From assembly GCA_044892505.1 (NCBI GenBank), contig CM097884.1, positions 66,154,001 through 66,218,000 on the forward strand: 64,000 nt of DNA, written 5' to 3'. The position numbers were made by a program, and so were the translations under genes. The notes under the pieces are model-generated. The model ran no database searches and had not been told where the DNA came from. It saw only the letters and a program-made list of their open reading frames with translations. Source of the stretch: Schmidtea nova. Taxonomy: Eukaryota. Positions 58,335 to 64,000 of the stretch are shown here, piece by piece (within the stretch, counting starts at the first letter, position 1; the number at the start of each line of letters is the position of its first letter).

Positions 58335-58740
58335 CAGTTTTGACCCATCGCATTCCATGTTATAAGATAGCGCCATTTAACTATCAGCTTTGACCCATCA
58401 CATCCCAAGATAGCGTCATTCGCCTATCCATTTTCACCCATCGCATCTCATGTAATAATCTAGTACCATTTACCTATCAGCTTTGACCCATTTGGTTCCC
58501 AAATCCGATAAAATTAATCCCAATGTTTGATAAAAACACACGTGTACGTTAATTTGTATATAAAATATTAAATACAGTACAATTGCGATCCCACCCATTA
58601 CAATTCAACAAGTATTTATATGTCGATATCATCTTTGACCCATCGAAGTCCATGTAATATGATGCCGCCATCAACTTTGATACACGGGGTTCCCAAATCC
58701 CAATGTTTGATAAAACACATAAATATAGCCATTTGGACGC
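58335..58740 (+). repeat. Imperfect tandem repeats (TTTGACCCATC core, about 50-bp unit)
   Basis: Core recurs about 5 times; GGTTCCCAAATCC..ATGTTTGATAAAA is duplicated. Confidence 0.65.
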
Positions 58741-60794
58741 AAGATTTACATACTCCGACATGTTTAACTAATATTAATTAGGTCATTCATGAACCACTTT
58801 TATTAAAATTTCAACGAAAAACTCCTATTTTTCATTAAAATTAGACAATTCAACTAAATTGAAAATTAAATTTAAAGTTAAAATAAAATTTATTACAAAC
58901 TCTAAAATCTTAATATAAGTTAGATTGTAAATTATTAAATAAAAATTTTCAAAGTTATATTACAAATTATAGTTTAAATAAAACTTTCAAAGTTATATTA
59001 TAATTTACCTTAATTTATAAGTTTAATTTAGTTTTATCCAAATATTAAGTAAAGACTTTTTAAATAATAAATTAATCAAGTAAGTCTTTTTGTTTTTTTA
59101 TTTCAACTTAATTATTTTATTTTAGATCATATTCAAAATTAATAGTAAGAAATCTTTTAATTTTTGATAATTAATTACTTTTTATTTAGATTGTTATTTT
59201 AAATGAAATTGGATAATTGTAAGTTTATTTTTTATTTATAAATATATTTTAATTTAGATAATTAAGGTATGATGAAATGTTTACTGTATGGAGAAACAGA
59301 TTTCAAATTTAGTTATGTAAGTGTTTTTTATTTTAAAGTCATTAAATTAAGATTAATATAAATTATAATTAATTATGAATAATATTTTAAATTTTTTACA
59401 TTTTTAAGAAAATTAATAATCCAACAATTTTAATTAGTCAATTTAATAATAATTAATCTTATGTAGTAATTTAAATTGACTTTTTTTTATTAAATCTTTG
59501 GACTAATAGGAATTAAACAAATTTTAGTTTTAATAATTTAAATTTAATTTAGTATTTTAGTAAATTTAGTTATTATTTTTAAATAAACACATTTCAATGG
59601 AAACAATAAATTAAAACAAATTTAATTAGTAAATTTTATAATTAAACTTAGTAATAATTTTAAATTAACTTTTTATAACAATTTTAAATTTTAGCATTTT
59701 AAGGAAAATAAATAATTTAAACATGATTAATTTAACTTTAAGTAATTATTTTAGGAAACATTTTGTATTTCAGTGTAAACTAATAAGTTAAATAATGTTT
59801 AGTTAAATTAGTAATAGTTTTTTTTAAATAAATGTATTTCAATGCAAACAATTAATTAAAACAAATTTGATATTATTATAAATTTTAACTTTATATAATT
59901 ATTTCAAGAGTCCAGGAGAAACCTCTAGCAATGGTAATTAATTTTTAATTTTAATTATTCATTAATTTCAGATAAAACCAGATACTTGAGGACAAAATGA
60001 AGAAAAAAATTTATTTGTGTTTTATTTTAAAATATATTAGGGTGGGTGGGTTCCGTTTTCACCCTTTATTTTTTTTGAAGCATGCCAGTCGTCGTGGTGG
60101 GTGACCGTAATCCAACCAAATTGTAGGCCTCTGCGATGATTGCTTATTTTTGACTAAACATTAATTAAATTCGGTCATAGTGTCTATAACGATATCTTGC
60201 CGGCACATTCATGGCGTATGAAACACTACGTTGTGGATGATGTCTTGGTAGCTGGCTACCATTGATTATCCGAGACATGATCTCTATAGATAGCGAACTA
60301 TTGATGCCCAGGTCCTATTGACCCCACTTTGGGGGAGGCACCGACGACCCTTATGGACGCGATTACTTGCCCAGCGTGTCTTTTAGGCACAGGCATTTAA
60401 TCACCGCTTTTTAGGACTGGCAATATTAAGCACTTGTTCTTCATCTTGTCTTCTCTTTCCTTGATANNNNNNNNNNNNNNNNNNNNNNNNNNNNNNNNNN
60501 NNNNNNNNNNNNNNNNNNNNNNNNNNNNNNNNNNNNNNNNNNNNNNNNNNNNNNNNNNNNNNNNNNNNNNNNNNNNNNNNNNNNNNNNNNNNNNNNNNNN
60601 NNNNNNNNNNNNNNNNNNNNNNNNNNNNNNNNNNNNNNNNNNNNNNNNNNNNNNNNNNNNNNNNNNNNNNNNNNNNNNNNNNNNNNNNNNNNNNNNNNNN
60701 NNNNNNNNNNNNNNNNNNNNNNNNNNAAAAAAATAATTATAAAAAAATAATATTAAATAAAATAATAATACTTATAAAATATTATTAGTAATAA

Positions 60795-60995
60795 AAATTA
60801 TTATTATCAATAATTCTCATAATGACTATAGATCAAATTTTTTTATAAACAATAACACAATATTTCGGCACAGCCTTTATCAAGTGTGTATTATCAAGAA
60901 ATACACACTTGATAAAGGCTGTGCCGAAATATTGTGTTATTGTTTATAAAAAAATTTGATCTATAGTCATTATGAGAATTATTGATAATAATAAT
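60795..60995. repeat. Foldback MITE-like palindrome (about 95-bp arms); right half duplicated at 55485-55625
   Basis: Near-perfect inverted arms around the ATCAAG loop. Confidence 0.85.
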
Positions 60996-61950
60996 AAAAA
61001 AAGATCAAAGGTGAAAAAAGATAATTATGATAGTAATAAAAATAATATTAAATAAAATAATAAAATAAATACAATAAAAAAAATTATTTAAAACTTTTGA
61101 AAATTGCGCTAAAAATTTACTTTGATTAAACAAAATGACGCTTAAATTCAAAAAATTGCAACAAAAACTTTTAACTAAAATTCAAAAAAAATGCGGTAAA
61201 ATTCAAAAATTGCGCCAAAAAAAATAATTATTAATTTACTTTATTTAAACAAAACGGCGGTAAAATTCAAAAATGGCGCCAAAAATTTAAAATTTAAACA
61301 AGAAATGACCTTGGCCTCGAAATGACCTTGGCCTTTGACATCGATTACGTAATCATGACATCATAACTCGTGTGCTATGTAAAAAGCCCGAGAAATATTA
61401 TGTAATAACGTGTGTGCTATGTAAAATCCGAGAGTTACGTAATCATGTGTGTTATGTAAAGTCCAATCGATTACGTAATATATACACATGGGGGTAGTGG
61501 ATCCAGACCTGACACTACCTCCTACTGGTTATTATTATTATTAAAACTTATATTAGAGTAGGAAAAAATTATCGTATTGGAAATTACCTTGTCAACTATA
61601 TTACTTAATGTTCTAAATTTTGAGGGGTATGTATTATTGATAAAGACATTTCTTTTATTATAAATAATATTACTATCAATACTAATAATTGATATATTAA
61701 AAATGGATTTTTTCGAATAACTAAATTTACTTCAGTGAACTTTATGGTTATCATAAAAAATTTTAAAAAAGTAGATTTTTGGTTTGTCTTACATGCGGGA
61801 CATATAAAAAACTCCTTTTTACAAATAGCGATAATGTTTTTCCATTAGTTGAATGTAATTATTATCAAGAATCGATGATCGACGATACTTAAATATAAAA
61901 AATAATAAAAAATATGCACAGTGTATGTCAAGTATTTTTATAATAAATAT

Positions 61951-63506
61951 TATTGAGGTTCGTCTAAAGTCGTGCAACATAAGACGAGAGTGCGCGAGGA
62001 ATCGTGGTAAATAAATAAAAAGCCCGAAAAATGTAAAATTTACAATTGATAAATAAGTACAATAAATTAATTAAAAATTAAAAAAATTAAAAATTGACAT
62101 ATCGAGATGAGTATGAATATGATAACAGAATATCAATGTAAAATCCCTAGAAACAGATATTCAATAAATAAAAATTAATTAAAAATTAATGAATAGTTTA
62201 TTAGTTTTGCAGAAAACCCAAGTCAATGGGACACCCGAGTAAATGGAAAACCCGAACAAAAAGAAAACCAGACATAAAATCAAGTTAGTGGAATTGCAGG
62301 CCGAAAAAATCGAGTTATCATAAACAATAGACTTAATTCTGCGAAAATCCAATTATAAAAATGATAATCATATTATAAAAATATTGTAGAAATTTGTTGG
62401 GTTATTAATGAGAAGTCGGTTGGTATCTGACTCCGGTGTTCTTTCGTTCACAAAACAATTTGACCCAACACAGTAAACTTTATTTTCAACAGTACCACAA
62501 CAATATAAATCACAGAAAGTTCCAATATTATCCGCACTCTGGTACGTAGGAAATTGAACGATTGATACTTTATAACTTGTTATTGTTTCAGCTTCCTTTT
62601 CCACTTGCAAATTCTTCGTTTAACTCTTTAGATTTTTCTCCGACCAACTGGCGAGTACTGCAATTTTGCCTTGCCTTTTATAGTGTTTTTTTTATTGTTC
62701 CTGTCACACCTTAATGGATCTGTCAATTACAAAATTAATTTGGTAGTTGCCGCTAAATGGGACACCCTTCAATTTTTCCATTAATTTTAATAAATCGATT
62801 TGCTGACGCCCCGGGTTTTTCATATCGATCGGGTTTTCCACTAGCTCGGGTTTCCCATTAGCTCGGAGTTTCCATTAGCTCAGGTTTCCTATGGGTAATT
62901 AATTATTTTAATTAATTTGTATTTTTATTTAATATTTCTTTCTAGGGACCCTTTTTTATTTTTATATACCCATATTCGAATTCGTCTCATCATTTAACAT
63001 CCTCCCATACCAGTTTCCCCCGCTCAAACTTTATTTTGATTTTTTATAAATTTTTTATAAATGTTTTCACATTAATTATTATTTTTCCAATTTTTGTATT
63101 TTTTATTGATTTGTGCTATTTAATATTTATTTTCTGTAATATATACAACCCCAACAAATTTAATTGATATGCTAACACAATAAAATTATTATAAAAGGAA
63201 AAGAAAAACGACAGTAAATCGTCTGTTTGGTGAAAGCAAAAATTATTCGGGAGGTGCAATTATTGTCAAAAATCTAATATTCACAAACAAAGCGTATCTG
63301 AAAGAGAAATTTACCCTTGGTAAACCTACTCTTATCGATAAAATAAAAGAAGAGTGCGGAGTGTTTTACAGAAATATGAAATTGTATTGATTTAACGTTT
63401 TATAATTGTGGAATTCAAAAAATTTATTGTGTTGGTTTTGATGATTTGTAATTATAGGTTCACGAGGAGTCAGAGTAGAAACCGACTCAAAATAAATAAC
63501 CCAACA
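61951..63506 (-). mobile_element. Solo LTR (about 790 bp net) interrupted by an inverted solo LTR of the same family
   Basis: TATTGAGG...CCCAACA termini, TSD ATAT. Confidence 0.7.
62395..63156 (+). mobile_element. Solo LTR nested in the previous one
   Basis: TGTTGGG...CCCAACA termini, TSD AATT. Confidence 0.8.
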
Positions 63507-64000
63507 ATATTAGATTTATTGTTATGAGATCATTTTAAAAAATAAATAATATTTATAACAACAAAAATTTAATTAAGTAATTTAAATATTATGAAAAATA
63601 ATATTAATTAATTTCATTTATTATAATCAAAACTAAAATTGCTTTTTATAATTAATTATTTACAAATAAATTAATAATTTAAAAATAATATTTTAATATA
63701 ATAATTTTCATATAAAAAATATTAATTACTATGAAAGAAAATTAATTATTTCAAGTATATTTATTAATAATTAATTTACTAAAATTTAATTGCTAAAAAA
63801 TATAGTAATTATAATATAAACTAGAATTGTTTTAATTATTAGTTATAAGCTAGAAAATAAAATTCAAATTTTGAAATTATTTATTAACTAAAAGTAAATA
63901 AATTATTTAATTAATAAATCATTACGTTTTCTGATAATCATTAAAATTTTCATATAATGTAAATAATGTTCAAATATGAGTACTATACAATTTATTGTAA

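Larger units (their letters stand above)
55423..61526. mobile_element. Non-autonomous mini-Polinton (about 6.1 kb including an N gap)
   Basis: AGTAGGAGGTAGTGTCAGGTCTGGATCCACTACCCC termini, inverted at both ends; 6-bp TSD GGTTAT; contains a remnant of the 24216-family gene. Confidence 0.88.
51890..61900 (-). pseudogene. Third, heavily decayed pPolB gene split by a solo LTR and a mini-Polinton
   Basis: Minus-strand translations: LMEKHY...ICPACKT (about 61800), DGEFQSFIISNSA, VVYVDFEA, DHDHYTG..GAACNSCN, IFHNLKGYD, NYVLHWRL, VLDLSKLR, WVFLRPK, FVYGHY. Confidence 0.9.

Noticed and set aside
59268-60000. Micro-exon-like islands with GT/AG flanks
   Set aside because: Could not be assembled into a convincing open frame.

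Overview
AT-rich eukaryotic (invertebrate-type, possibly planarian; inference) genomic DNA dominated by nested transposable elements. The GTG/TTG starts in the ORF track are therefore mostly not real starts. The centrepiece is a very young, apparently complete Polinton/Maverick (adintovirus-like) element at 21470-39542. It has AG...CT ends, a 6-bp TSD (AATTAC) and near-identical ~1.07-kb TIRs. It carries the full virion/replication module: FtsK/A32 ATPase, pX-like core protein, chromodomain integrase, minor and major capsid, pVI-like protein, adenain protease and pPolB. Its accessory arm encodes a clear TATA-binding-protein (TBP)-like protein, a Cys/His-plus-acidic protein, an unknown protein and a type-I membrane glycoprotein. 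Several genes contain 38-52-bp GT-AG introns, and the TIRs are dense arrays of AP-1/CRE motifs. This element sits inside the TIR of an older, internally deleted relative. A third decayed pPolB (51890-61900, minus strand) is interrupted by a ~6.1-kb non-autonomous Polinton with its own 6-bp TSD. The central Polinton and its older host appear to lie in a ~35.7-kb intron of a host AJM1-like gene (exons 10877-11591 and 47319-49696). Also present are hAT-like, pogo/Tigger and MITE elements and several solo-LTR-like elements with 4-bp TSDs. There are three N gaps (20691-20940, 37856-38473, 60467-60726). All protein calls come from motif recognition by eye; no database searches were run.
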